A stretch of DNA of 64,000 nt from a virus. Where the stretch lies: positions 8,721 to 72,720 of IMG/VR virus record IMGVR_UViG_3300043811_000074. One strand, written 5' to 3'. Below the pieces are notes generated by a model. That model had not been told where the DNA came from. It did no database searches and saw only the letters and a program-made list of their open reading frames with translations. Positions 27,751 to 37,040 of this stretch are shown one piece after another (positions within the stretch are counted from its first letter, which is position 1; the number at the start of each line of letters is the position of its first letter). Position numbers and translations under genes: made by a program.

Positions 27751-28409
27751 TATTTCACAACCAGCAGGTCGATCAGCGCCTGCACTTCCGATTTCGACAG
27801 GCCGGGTTGCACTCGTGTCATCTTCTTCGCGAGCGAGGCGTCCAGATCATTTATGCTCGTTGGCCGCGAACTGCCCCATGTCACTTTCAGCGTCGTCTCC
27901 GTGACAGAGTAGATCGCCAGGACGGGGCAATTAGTCTTCTTACCTTCAAACAGCAAGTCCATGCGCTTTGGCGTCGTGTTCGGATTGATCTTGATAACGT
28001 ACTCCATGTTCGCCAACGATGGTGGCCAGTCATCGCAGTTTTTCACCAGCTTGTTGCCGTCGATAGTCCAGCGCTCCGTCGTAACCGTCCGGTCGAGCGA
28101 CTGCGTATCCGGCCAGGATTGCTCCCACGTCCCTTGCAGTAGTTCGGCATCGTGCTTTGACAATTTCTTATCAACGAACGCCTTAAAATCTGCTGTACCT
28201 TTCTTCCAAAGAGCAAATTCTTTCTCTAGTTCTTCGGGGCAGTCCTGAACAACGGGAACGGAAACAGCCGCCCAATGAACATTGGCGCAGTGCTGGTGCG
28301 GCGACGGTCCTAATAGCCAGCATAAGAGGACGACAGTTGCCATGCTGACGCCAATGCCGAACAGACTGCCGACAAGTTCCGGCGAGATGGACTTCTGTTG
28401 ATTGCTCAT
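27750..28409 (-). CDS. membrane-anchored TIGR03067 (Planctomycete uncharacterised) domain protein
   Basis: N-terminal TM; DAELLQGTW...WTIDGNKL...KINPNTTPKRMDL...AIYSVTETTLKV...RPTS. Confidence 0.75.
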   Translation of the reverse strand: MSNQQKSISPELVGSLFGIGVSMATVVLLCWLLGPSPHQHCANVHWAAVSVPVVQDCPEELEKEFALWKKGTADFKAFVDKKLSKHDAELLQGTWEQSWPDTQSLDRTVTTERWTIDGNKLVKNCDDWPPSLANMEYVIKINPNTTPKRMDLLFEGKKTNCPVLAIYSVTETTLKVTWGSSRPTSINDLDASLAKKMTRVQPGLSKSEVQALIDLLVVK

Positions 28410-28558
28410 GGCTTCCCTTTCTGTTTTGCCCAGCGCGCCTTGACGGCAGCGCGGGCCTGTTCGCTCCGTTGTTCAGCGGTCATGTTCTTGGCGCGGGCCT
28501 TGCCGCCACGCCTGCCAAGCTCAATCGCCGCCCTGGATTTTTTCTTACCGCTTCGCAT
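28406..28558 (-). CDS. small basic KGG-like protein
   Basis: AAIELGRRGGKARAKNMTAEQRSEQARAAVKARW. Confidence 0.7.
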   Translation of the reverse strand: MRSGKKKSRAAIELGRRGGKARAKNMTAEQRSEQARAAVKARWAKQKGKP

Positions 28559-28564
28559 AAACCG

Positions 28565-28594
28565 ATTGTAGGCGAACACGATGCTTAGCGTCAA
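28565..28594 (-). promoter_or_regulatory. sigma70-type promoter (leaderless transcript)
   Basis: TTGACG-18-TACAAT; the ATG is 6 nt downstream of the -10. Confidence 0.6.
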
Positions 28595-28715
28595 GTAGAA
28601 ACCGCCAGTTTTTTTCATGCGCCCGTCTTCACCAATCTTTCTTGCCGTTTTCGCGGCGGCGGGATAGGATAAAGGGCAACACTGTCTGCATTTCTTTTCA
28701 CAACGGGAGTCCAAC

Positions 28716-29057
28716 ATGGCAATCAGTTATCTTCCCCCAACCGACGCGCAGGCGCTCGAGGCGCTCACCGATGCGCAGAGCCAGCTGGCGGGCACGCCGG
28801 ACAAGGGCGCGCTGGCCTGGGATGTTGTCACCCTGACCGCCTACGGCGTCTCCAAGGGCATCGACCTGAGTGGCCTCGTTACCATGCCGCAGACGCGCAT
28901 GGACAACCACGCGGCGCGTGCCAAGGCGCTCATCGACCCACTCCTGGCCGATCCCAAGGGCATCAACTGGCAAAACTTCGGCAACATTCTGAAAACTTTG
29001 CTTCCGATATTGCTCGGTCTTCTTTCCGGCCTGGGCGGTGGAACCACGGGCAGCTAG
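28716..29057 (+). CDS. hypothetical protein with C-terminal amphipathic/TM helix
   Basis: INWQNFGNILKTLLPILLGLL; GGGAG SD. Confidence 0.6.
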   Translation: MAISYLPPTDAQALEALTDAQSQLAGTPDKGALAWDVVTLTAYGVSKGIDLSGLVTMPQTRMDNHAARAKALIDPLLADPKGINWQNFGNILKTLLPILLGLLSGLGGGTTGS

Positions 29058-29078
29058 TCGTCGCGCGTAGCCTCGACT

Positions 29079-29117
29079 ACTCCGGCCTTCACTATACCTC
29101 CGAAGGCCGGAGTTTTT
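29079..29117 (+). terminator. intrinsic terminator-like hairpin
   Basis: 12-bp stem ACTCCGGCCTTC/GAAGGCCGGAGT followed by a T-run. Confidence 0.6.
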
Positions 29118-29130
29118 CGGAGTTCCCTTC

Positions 29131-29289
29131 ATGCTGACCCGACGCATTCTCGCCGCGGCATTCATTCCAGCAATCTTTGTCTGGTTTTTCCTCTGCTTCA
29201 TTGCCGACTCCCCCAGCGCCGAAGCTGACTTGCACTGGCTTTTTCGCAAACTCGGCTGGGAGAATTTGCTCTTTCCCAACATCCCCTGA
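29131..29289 (+). CDS. single-TM peptide (52 aa, not in ORF track)
   Basis: MLTRRILAAAFIPAIFVWFFLCFIA...; GGAG SD. Confidence 0.45.
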   Translation: MLTRRILAAAFIPAIFVWFFLCFIADSPSAEADLHWLFRKLGWENLLFPNIP

Positions 29290-29301
29290 CAGGAGACTCG
29301 C

Positions 29302-30585
29302 ATGGTCGCTTTCGCGCGTTCTTACATCAAGTACCGGGACAAGCCTGGCAGTTTCATCAAACGACCGCACGCCGCCAGTCAGTCCTACGCGCCAGGGCAA
29401 ATCTGCCGCGATTACAATTGGCCCAACGGCATCGCAGTACAACCGCTCACCATTGCCATCATGGAACTCGGTGGCCACTTCTACCCTTCCGACCTCTCGC
29501 CGTGGGCAGCGCGGGCCAATCTGCCGGTTCCCGTGGTCAATACTTTCATGCTGCCCGGCGCGGACGATTCGCCTTCGGACGCTGACGGCGAGGTCATGTT
29601 AGATGTCTTTTGCGCTGCGCAGGCGTACTCTTCCGTCACCGGCCTGCCCGCGAAAATTCTCATCGTCTATGGCCCCAACACGGGGCAGGCGTTCGCGGAC
29701 ATTACCGAATACTGCAACACGCTGACCGGCATCGGCTCCGGTTCCGGTTCGTGGGGCACGGCGGAAACCAACTCGGCAGATTCAGACCGCGCCAACTTGG
29801 ACGCACAACTGCAAAGAGCGCTGTTTCCGTGGCATTACGCCAGTGGCGACAATGGTTCCAATGATGGGACGAACACGCCGACAGCCGATTGGCCTTCGTG
29901 CAGTCCTTACCTTGCCAGCTGTGGCGGCACGTCCAAGGTTCCCGGCTCGGGCGCGGAAACGGTCTGGAACAATGGCAATGGCGAGGGGACGGGCGGCGGC
30001 TTTTCCAAGTTCTACGGGCGCCCGATCTGGCAACCGGCGAACACTCAGGGCACAGGCCGCATGGTTCCCGATTGGGCAGCGGTCGCCGATCCGAACACCG
30101 GCTATGACACGCTCATCAATGGCAGCTGGCAAGTGATCGGCGGCACATCCGCCGTCGCTCCACTCTTGGCCGGGTTCATGTGCGCCGTCAACGGGGCGCG
30201 GCTCAAGCTGGGTCTGCCGATGATCGCGCAACCCAATCAAATGATCTGGTCGATGTTGAGCAGCTATTACGACATCATTTCCGGCTCCAATGGCGCGTAC
30301 AACGCCGAAGCTGGGCCTGACCCCTGTTCCGGGGCCGGGCGGCCCACGGCAACCACGTTCGCCATGATGACCGGAGCCAGTCAGGTTCCGCCTGTGCTGC
30401 CGCCTCCGGTCAACTCCCCGCCCGTAAATCCGCCGCCTGCAACGCCGGCCTTTGTCCTGACCGTGCCGACGCCGATCAGGGCCGGGCAGACGTTCAAGAT
30501 CAAGGCAGGCAAAGCAATCGCAGCAGGCAAGTACGATTGCTTCCCGTCAAGCGGCGCGGCGGACGCAGAAGTATTCGCCGACTGA
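29302..30585 (+). CDS. S53 family (sedolisin/kumamolisin-like) serine-carboxyl peptidase
   Basis: GEVMLD (Glu/Asp), ASGDNG (oxyanion Asp), GGTSAVAP (Ser), Ca-site-like DIISGSNG..Y.A.AG.D.CSG.G.P; Pro linker and small C-terminal domain. Confidence 0.9.
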   Translation: MVAFARSYIKYRDKPGSFIKRPHAASQSYAPGQICRDYNWPNGIAVQPLTIAIMELGGHFYPSDLSPWAARANLPVPVVNTFMLPGADDSPSDADGEVMLDVFCAAQAYSSVTGLPAKILIVYGPNTGQAFADITEYCNTLTGIGSGSGSWGTAETNSADSDRANLDAQLQRALFPWHYASGDNGSNDGTNTPTADWPSCSPYLASCGGTSKVPGSGAETVWNNGNGEGTGGGFSKFYGRPIWQPANTQGTGRMVPDWAAVADPNTGYDTLINGSWQVIGGTSAVAPLLAGFMCAVNGARLKLGLPMIAQPNQMIWSMLSSYYDIISGSNGAYNAEAGPDPCSGAGRPTATTFAMMTGASQVPPVLPPPVNSPPVNPPPATPAFVLTVPTPIRAGQTFKIKAGKAIAAGKYDCFPSSGAADAEVFAD

Positions 30586-30607
30586 CCCTTCACGGAAAGG
30601 ACGCCCC

Positions 30608-30775
30608 ATGATCTGTAACAAGTGCGGCTGGCGCATGGCTGGGCCGTTTGAACATGAGACCTGTCCCAAGTGCGGGGAAATGCTGCTCCGGTTTCGAGAG
30701 CAAGAGGAACCGGAGCAAGTCAAGGATGATAAGCCTGCCGACGAACCGCAAGAGCCGGAGAAGTGCCGCCCATGA
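30608..30775 (+). CDS. small Zn-ribbon protein (55 aa, not in ORF track)
   Basis: CNKCG...CPKCG; AAGGA SD. Confidence 0.5.
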   Translation: MICNKCGWRMAGPFEHETCPKCGEMLLRFREQEEPEQVKDDKPADEPQEPEKCRP

Positions 30776-30792
30776 CCACCGCGAATTTATCT

Positions 30793-30954
30793 TTAGCCGC
30801 GCCTCCCATGCCAATTAACCGCGTCTCGTCGGCGCTGTGTATGACGGCCCGCGAGCCGATGCACTCGCGTCAGCCGCGCCGTGGCCCGGAGACTGTTCCC
30901 CTCAACCAGATGGTGCAGGACTTGGACTTGCTTATCGCGGGGCAGGATGTTCAT
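30793..30954 (-). pseudogene. truncated IS1-family-like transposase N-terminus
   Basis: MNILPRDKQVQVLHHLVEGNSLRATARLTRVHR matches the HTH start of IS1-like transposases; similarity ends after about 33 aa. Confidence 0.6.
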
Positions 30955-31519
30955 GGGAAGCGCCTTTCCGTGCTTGGCGGTCCCCGGTAGAATGGAGTTG
31001 CTAGGCCGCATTCCGGTGGGAAACCGCTGGATTGTGGTTGCCCCGGTAAGTGCTGATAACACTCGCCGGGGTTTTCTTTGCGACTATAGTATTATAGACA
31101 TTATCAACCACAATGTCCATAGTTCTATAGACGATTTTGACGGAAAATGTCGGATTACGGGGAGCGGGATTTGCACCCGCACGGGCCTTTTGAGGGGGTT
31201 CCCACCGGTTCCCAAAACCGGCGCGTCTGCTGTTCCGCCATCCCCGCGCAAAGAAAAAGCCAGCCAGGGAACGCACCGCGAACGATGGTTCCCAGCTGGC
31301 CGGGTTGGTTGGTTTTTGCCGCTGTGCGCGCACGAACGCGCACAGCGGTTTTTGTTGACAGTCAGACTTGAAGAATGGTGGGGAACGTGCTAAAGTAGAG
31401 AACGAACCCTGATTGGTGCGCCGGTACATAGGCACACTCCTGTAGCAAGGGAACAATGGGTTCAACCGGGCTGGTGTGTTGACGCATACCAGCCCAACCC
31501 GTTTATGGTTTCATGCCTT

Positions 31520-31960
31520 TTACTTGTTCAATTCCTCAATGGCCCTATCAGACAGCCGGTAACGGCTCTTTGGCTTCCCTTCATCGTAAATCTGTTCGCG
31601 CACCAGCGAGTCCCGACCAAATTTGGCATCGGTCCTTTTCCGCACGCTGCGGATGACGGGCGGCAGGTTTGCTGCCGGTATACCGATTTTCTTGGCCAAT
31701 TCGTCCGTAGTCAGCCAGCCCGTCGGTGCGCGTGCCAGGGCTTCGAGAAGGTCTTCCTCGACCTTCTTCAGATTGTCGCTGCGGGTGTCGGAGATCGGCT
31801 CGGCGTTTGAGCCGTTTTCTGATGGACGGGACCGGCGCGGCTTTCTGATCGCCGATCCATTGACTTGATGACCCTGGATGAGCGCCTGAATACGGACGGC
31901 TTCCTCCGTGGTTTCCACTTCGTAGACAAATCCATCAGGTGTAGTCAGTTTTGCGGTCAT
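31520..31960 (-). CDS. winged-HTH DNA-binding protein
   Basis: LLEALARAPTGWLTTDELAKKIGI...KSRYRL. Confidence 0.6.
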   Translation of the reverse strand: MTAKLTTPDGFVYEVETTEEAVRIQALIQGHQVNGSAIRKPRRSRPSENGSNAEPISDTRSDNLKKVEEDLLEALARAPTGWLTTDELAKKIGIPAANLPPVIRSVRKRTDAKFGRDSLVREQIYDEGKPKSRYRLSDRAIEELNK

Positions 31961-32022
31961 GGTTCACCTTTCCTAATTGTAATTGTCAACAGAATCATTA
32001 CAAGCCTATTTTGTCTGTTTTT

Positions 32023-32116
32023 ATTTTACCGTGCCATTACTGGCTTTGCAATGGTTTGGCATTGTTTACCAATTGAAAAACATCCTCTTGCCACCGCGTC
32101 CATAGTTGTATAGACT
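32023..32116. promoter_or_regulatory. divergent sigma70 promoters
   Basis: Minus strand: TTGCAA-17-TAAAAT (32051-32023). Plus strand: TTGCCA-17-TAGACT (32088-32116), 7 nt before ATG 32124. Confidence 0.55.
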
Positions 32117-32123
32117 TGAAAAC

Positions 32124-32339
32124 ATGAAAGAGAACACCCATCTTCGTGTGATGGTCAAGGTCCACAAGGCGGTCAAAAGGTCCGGCTTGTCGCTTCAGGA
32201 CGTGGGCCTGCGCATGGGCTATCCCGAAGCCACGGCTCGCAAGAGCGCGTGGCAATTTCTGCGCAGCAAAGACCCGCGACTGTCGATGCTGTTCAGGTTC
32301 GCACAAGCGATGGGGCTGGACGTGAAAGAACTAATTTGA
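32124..32339 (+). CDS. XRE-family HTH regulator
   Basis: SGLSLQDVGLRMG...DPRLSMLFRFAQAMGLDVKELI. Confidence 0.8.
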   Translation: MKENTHLRVMVKVHKAVKRSGLSLQDVGLRMGYPEATARKSAWQFLRSKDPRLSMLFRFAQAMGLDVKELI

Positions 32340-32397
32340 ACAGGGGCGTTGACGTGCGGAATGAATCCCCTCCCCCTTTTTTCTTGATCGGTCAGCC

Positions 32398-33858
32398 ATG
32401 TCAAAAAAGAAAGCTGTTACTCCGCTGACCAATGCCGGGGTGATCTATTGCGGAGACAATCTGGAAAAACTTCGCGCCATGCCGGGAGCAAGCGCCGACT
32501 TGATCTATATTGACCCGCCCTTCAATTCCAATCGCAATTATGAAGTCTTTTGGGGTGAGACGAAAGAGAAGCGGGCCTTTGAGGACCGGCACGAATCGAC
32601 TCGCGCCTATATCGACTTCATGCGGCCCCGGTGCGTTGAACTCGCCCGCGTCTTGAAAAAGACCGGCAGTTTTTATTACCACTGCGATTGGCACGCCAGC
32701 CATTACGTCAAGGTGATGCTGGATCAAATTCTTGGAGAAAACAACTTTCAAAATGAAATCGTGTGGAAGCGAAGTACGGCGCACAGCGATGCAAAACAGG
32801 GAAGCAAACACTATGGCCGTGTTCACGACGTACTGCTTTTTTACACGGGCAGCTCGGCCGATTTTACCTGGAATCAGCTCTACACGCCGCTGAGCGAGAA
32901 GTACATCGAATCTCACTATAGACAGGTCGATGAACATGGCCAACGATTTATGTGGGACAACATTACCGGACCTGGCGGCGCAGCAAAAGGCAACCCTTAT
33001 TACTCAGTGTTGGGGGTCGAAGGTTATTGGCGGTACTCGCAAGAGCGGATGACGCAATTGATAAATGATGGGTTGGTTGCCATCCCTCCGAAGGGCAGAA
33101 CGCCGCGATTAAAGCGATATTTGACAGATTCCAAGGGCTTGCCATTGCAAACCGTGTGGGATGACCTGTCGCCAATAAACTCTCAGGCAAAGGAATCGCT
33201 CGGCTATCCGACGCAAAAACCGCTTGCGCTTCTTGAGCGAATCATCAGAGCAAGCAGCAATAAGGGAGACGTTTGCCTTGACGCCTTCTGCGGATGCGGT
33301 ACGGCTCTTGTCGCTGCCGAGAAGTTAGGCCGGCAGTGGATCGGCATGGACATTTCCCCGACTGCCTGCCGTGTCATGGCCGAACGGCTCAAGAAGATTT
33401 GCAAGCTACAGGAAGGGAAGAATTTTGTCGTTCGCGATTTACCGCGCAGCGCGGAACAATTGCGGAGAATGCCGCCGTTTGAATTTGAGAATTGGGCTGT
33501 GATTGCCTTGGGCGGAATTCCCAATAAAGCGCAAGTCGGAGATATGGGCATCGACGGTCGAATCTACCCGGTTTCTGCCGTGCCGAAAAAAGCAGCGAAG
33601 GGGGAAGAATTCGACTTCATGGACGTATGGTATCCGATCCAAGTGAAACAAAAGGACAAGGCAGGACGGCCCGACATTGATTCCTTTGAAGCCGTGATGA
33701 TGCGGGAAGATCGGCAGAAAGGGTTTTTCGTGTCTTTTGACTTCACGTCGGATGCCATGACGGAAATCAACGGCTTTTTCAAAAAGACAGGAAAAGCAAT
33801 AATCGCGCTAACCGTTCAGGAAATTCTGGACGAAGAAATCGCGATGAAACTCGCCTGA
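32398..33858 (+). CDS. N6/N4 amino-methyltransferase fused to Mrr-like PD-(D/E)xK endonuclease domain
   Basis: DLIYIDPPF, YPTQKP and DAFCGCGT; C-terminal FEFENWA...GDMGIDG...IQVKQ. Confidence 0.9.
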   Translation: MSKKKAVTPLTNAGVIYCGDNLEKLRAMPGASADLIYIDPPFNSNRNYEVFWGETKEKRAFEDRHESTRAYIDFMRPRCVELARVLKKTGSFYYHCDWHASHYVKVMLDQILGENNFQNEIVWKRSTAHSDAKQGSKHYGRVHDVLLFYTGSSADFTWNQLYTPLSEKYIESHYRQVDEHGQRFMWDNITGPGGAAKGNPYYSVLGVEGYWRYSQERMTQLINDGLVAIPPKGRTPRLKRYLTDSKGLPLQTVWDDLSPINSQAKESLGYPTQKPLALLERIIRASSNKGDVCLDAFCGCGTALVAAEKLGRQWIGMDISPTACRVMAERLKKICKLQEGKNFVVRDLPRSAEQLRRMPPFEFENWAVIALGGIPNKAQVGDMGIDGRIYPVSAVPKKAAKGEEFDFMDVWYPIQVKQKDKAGRPDIDSFEAVMMREDRQKGFFVSFDFTSDAMTEINGFFKKTGKAIIALTVQEILDEEIAMKLA

Positions 33859-34235
33859 GTTGCAATGCGATAGGCCAACAATATCCAGAACTTCCGTGCC
33901 AAACCACACGGCCGGCGCAGGCAAACTGTACCACTACCTGCGTTCGTGCAGGTGCGCCATGTCCGTTAGCAATTGCAGGTAACGCGGGTCAGCTGGCATC
34001 TTGATTCCTTTCCGCTCGTTTTGAAAGCAGTTCACTCTGTTTAGCAATACGTTCCGCAAATGCCGAGTTGGACACCCGCAGGCCGTGGATTTCGGTTCTC
34101 AGGTAGATGTTCTCGCGGTTCAGCGCCACGACCTGACCCCACGTCTGTTGCAGTTCGCCCCGGAGTGCAGATCGCGTTGGCGATCAACCAAAACTACTTC
34201 GCCACTGCTCATGATTATTTGTTTCGTCTGCTCTG

Positions 34236-34682
34236 TCATTTCCCGCTCTCCTGCAAAGCTGCCAACGCGGCGCGGGCGAGTTGCTCCATGGTGACATTAA
34301 TAGCCTTCCAAGTATTCATCATTTGAATCTCAAACTCTTGCAAAGCGAAGCATCCCTGCGGTTCGAAGATGTTCAAGGCGCGCCGCAGTTTCATGGCAAA
34401 AGTGATCTGCAATCCCCGCTTCTCAATCTCCGCCAGCAGCACGCGCCTCATCCCGTCCGAGCAGTAGTCGGGCGGGGCGTCGGCGCGGACGGCGGGGACC
34501 GGGTCTTCGGCACAGTCATTTTGTAAACAAATCCGGCCGACATCATTGAGGAACGCTGGCATGTGCGGCAGGCCAATCTTCCACCCGCACACCCGGCACT
34601 TGGATTCGTCCCAGGGTGGCAAGAGGATGGCCGCGAGTTGGGCGTTGATTTCGGCGGGGGTCATGGTGGTGGTGTCGGTCAC
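34236..34682 (-). CDS. hypothetical protein
   Basis: 148-aa ORF in the coupled leftward operon. Confidence 0.55.
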   Translation of the reverse strand: MTDTTTMTPAEINAQLAAILLPPWDESKCRVCGWKIGLPHMPAFLNDVGRICLQNDCAEDPVPAVRADAPPDYCSDGMRRVLLAEIEKRGLQITFAMKLRRALNIFEPQGCFALQEFEIQMMNTWKAINVTMEQLARAALAALQESGK

Positions 34683-35626
34683 TTCTTGGCCTCCGGCAGC
34701 AGGATTTCGCGGACTCGCTGTGCTGTACTAACCTCGCCAACAATACCATGCCGTAACCACACGACAGGCTTGTAACTTTCTGTTGGTTCCTTATCCCACT
34801 CAGACTTTGCTCGTGCTGCTAAAACTGCTAGTCCTGCCGCGTCCTCAAACATCGCCCCCGGCCTCAACTCATTGAGCGTGGTCCACTTGCCGTACTGGAG
34901 GGCGGCATGGCGCAGGACAAGGGCGACGACAAGAGCAAGTACACTTGGTTTATTTATATGTTCGTGATACCAAAACACTCGCTCCACTTGCTCCCACAAC
35001 TCCGGGTGCTGCGTGCGGGCCTGCTCCGGCGTCAGGGGTGGCTCCGACGCGGGTTGCGGTTCTTGCGGCCATCTATGGTAGACATTTCCAGCTGATCCCG
35101 CCGCTTCATGCTTTCCAGGGTGGCCATCGTCAAGAGTGCAGTAGTAGTTAGAGCCGTCAATGATCGTCATTGCTTCACAGCAAGACTTCGCGGCAGGCTC
35201 GCTCAGCAGCGGGCACGGTTCGCCACCATGCCGAGCCGCCGTGTCGCACAGGCAGCGCTTGTCTCCGTGGACGGCGCAGCGCTCGCCGGTGCAGTAGTGG
35301 CAGTGGTCCGTCTCCGGTGGAGGCTCACTCGCCGGCGCTGCCGTCCGCTCAACGTGGTTGCGGTTCAGGCCGTGGGCGAAGTCGCGGGCGATTTCTTCGC
35401 CGCCGTCAAGATTGTGGTAAAACGCAAAACTATTGCCATTGAACACTACGAGCCAACGGCCGTTCGCGCCTTCTCGCACGCTGTACGGCCCGGTCGGTGT
35501 GGTCCGCTCAGCGTCAAGCCGCTGCACTTCCTTGGCCAGTTCCAAGATGGCGGCGCGGAGTAGTCGGCCAGATGGACCGGCGTACGGTTCACTTTTCAGG
35601 GCGTCAAGGGCTGGTGTTCGGCTCAT
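34679..35626 (-). CDS. hypothetical mosaic protein (Cys/His-rich central part)
   Basis: 315 aa, repeated PASEPP linkers. Confidence 0.6.
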   Translation of the reverse strand: MSRTPALDALKSEPYAGPSGRLLRAAILELAKEVQRLDAERTTPTGPYSVREGANGRWLVVFNGNSFAFYHNLDGGEEIARDFAHGLNRNHVERTAAPASEPPPETDHCHYCTGERCAVHGDKRCLCDTAARHGGEPCPLLSEPAAKSCCEAMTIIDGSNYYCTLDDGHPGKHEAAGSAGNVYHRWPQEPQPASEPPLTPEQARTQHPELWEQVERVFWYHEHINKPSVLALVVALVLRHAALQYGKWTTLNELRPGAMFEDAAGLAVLAARAKSEWDKEPTESYKPVVWLRHGIVGEVSTAQRVREILLPEAKK

Positions 35627-35737
35627 TGGGCCGGTCCTTTCTTTGGCGTCTCTTCCAGGGCGGCGTAGTCGGTGATATGTACAATAATTGCATTATCATG
35701 GAATATGGCCAGCGCCAAATCATCCTCGTCCCACTGG

Positions 35738-36844
35738 TTACTCCGTGAACAGGGATTGCGATTCCTTGTCGGCTTCTTCCGCGAGCCGCCGATACGCTAG
35801 ATCGACCTGAGACTGCCGTAGGTCGCATCCTAAAAAGTTCCTGCCAAGCCGCACAGAGACAGCTGCCGTGGTCCCCGATCCACTGAAGCAGTCCGCCACG
35901 GTATCACCTGGCCGGGAAAAGCCTTTGATGAAAAACTCGCAAAGCCGCTCCGGGTACGGGGCTTCCCCTTCGTGCGCCAGCTTGCTGCCAATATGACCAC
36001 CGCCTACCCGCGCTCTCACGACACCACCGCAGCCGTCCGTCTCGTCGATCAGGATGACGTTGCCCGGATTTGCAAACTTCGGCATCGGGCGATTGCCGTT
36101 CTCTTTCAGCTGGCCGTCTACTTCGTGGCCGGCGGTGCAGTCCATTTCGCGGAGGACTTTCTTGTATTTGCCGTTGGCCCGACGAGTCGGGCCAGACATA
36201 CCCTGTTTCGCCGCCGCACGATCCTTTTTCCGGCCGTCCTTATGACGGCCGGAAATCCCGACGAGACCGCCAGTGTTCCAAGGATCAACGCCGAAGTCTT
36301 CGGCGTTGATGCGGCGTCCGTCTGCATTGCGGTTGCTCATCTCCCCGCCGACCTGAGAATACTTCGGCGCATGACCCACGGCTGCCACATCAAAGTACGG
36401 CAGCGCGCCGGGTCGCTTGAAGCAGAGGACGTATTCCCAATCAGCACGGAGATAGTCGCTCCCGCCGCTCCCCGGTATCCCGGTGCCGCCGCCATTGCGG
36501 TCAACCTTGTGCCAAACGCACGGCCGGTACTGATGACAATTGCCGCCACGCTTCCACCAGAGATAGGCCAAACCCTCGCACGCGGGCTGATACCTGCGGT
36601 CCTTGGTCGGTCCTGAGACAACCCAAAAGATCGGGCCAGTGACGACGCGCTGCGCTTCAGTCAGAATCTCAAGCTGCCACTCAATCCAGGCGTCCGTGTC
36701 ACGGGCGACACCTAGGTCAACGCCGTTCTCTAAATAAAGTCGCTGAAGCGTGTAGGGAGGCGACGACACACACAGCTGCACGCTGTCCGTTGGTTGGGAC
36801 CGCCAGAACTCCGTTGCGTCAGACTTGATAATCGTCGCTGTCAC
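35738..36844 (-). CDS. N4-cytosine/N6-adenine DNA methyltransferase (beta class)
   Basis: VSSPPY motif IV, APYPERL, DCFSGSGTT motif I; GTG start coupled to the upstream gene. Confidence 0.85.
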   Translation of the reverse strand: MTATIIKSDATEFWRSQPTDSVQLCVSSPPYTLQRLYLENGVDLGVARDTDAWIEWQLEILTEAQRVVTGPIFWVVSGPTKDRRYQPACEGLAYLWWKRGGNCHQYRPCVWHKVDRNGGGTGIPGSGGSDYLRADWEYVLCFKRPGALPYFDVAAVGHAPKYSQVGGEMSNRNADGRRINAEDFGVDPWNTGGLVGISGRHKDGRKKDRAAAKQGMSGPTRRANGKYKKVLREMDCTAGHEVDGQLKENGNRPMPKFANPGNVILIDETDGCGGVVRARVGGGHIGSKLAHEGEAPYPERLCEFFIKGFSRPGDTVADCFSGSGTTAAVSVRLGRNFLGCDLRQSQVDLAYRRLAEEADKESQSLFTE

Positions 36845-37040
36845 CTTGCCTCCCTCCCCGGCCACTCGCCCCGTGCGTCAAGGTAACTCCGGCACACTTC
36901 CGCCAGCGCCGCCCCGGCGAGGCAGCTGCCGCTGACCGGGATGCCGTAGCAGCCATTGGCGTCGCGCTGTGTTTGCAGGTGGGCAATCGCCTGCTGGATG
37001 GCGCGGTCGTCGTCTTCGTCCAGGGTCAGGTGCATGTGTT

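Noticed and set aside
33934-34239. Short minus-strand stubs (MPADPRYLQLLTDMAHLHERR; MTEQTKQIIMSSGEVVLVD) resembling starts of known phage proteins
   Set aside because: Too short to assign; probably decayed genes
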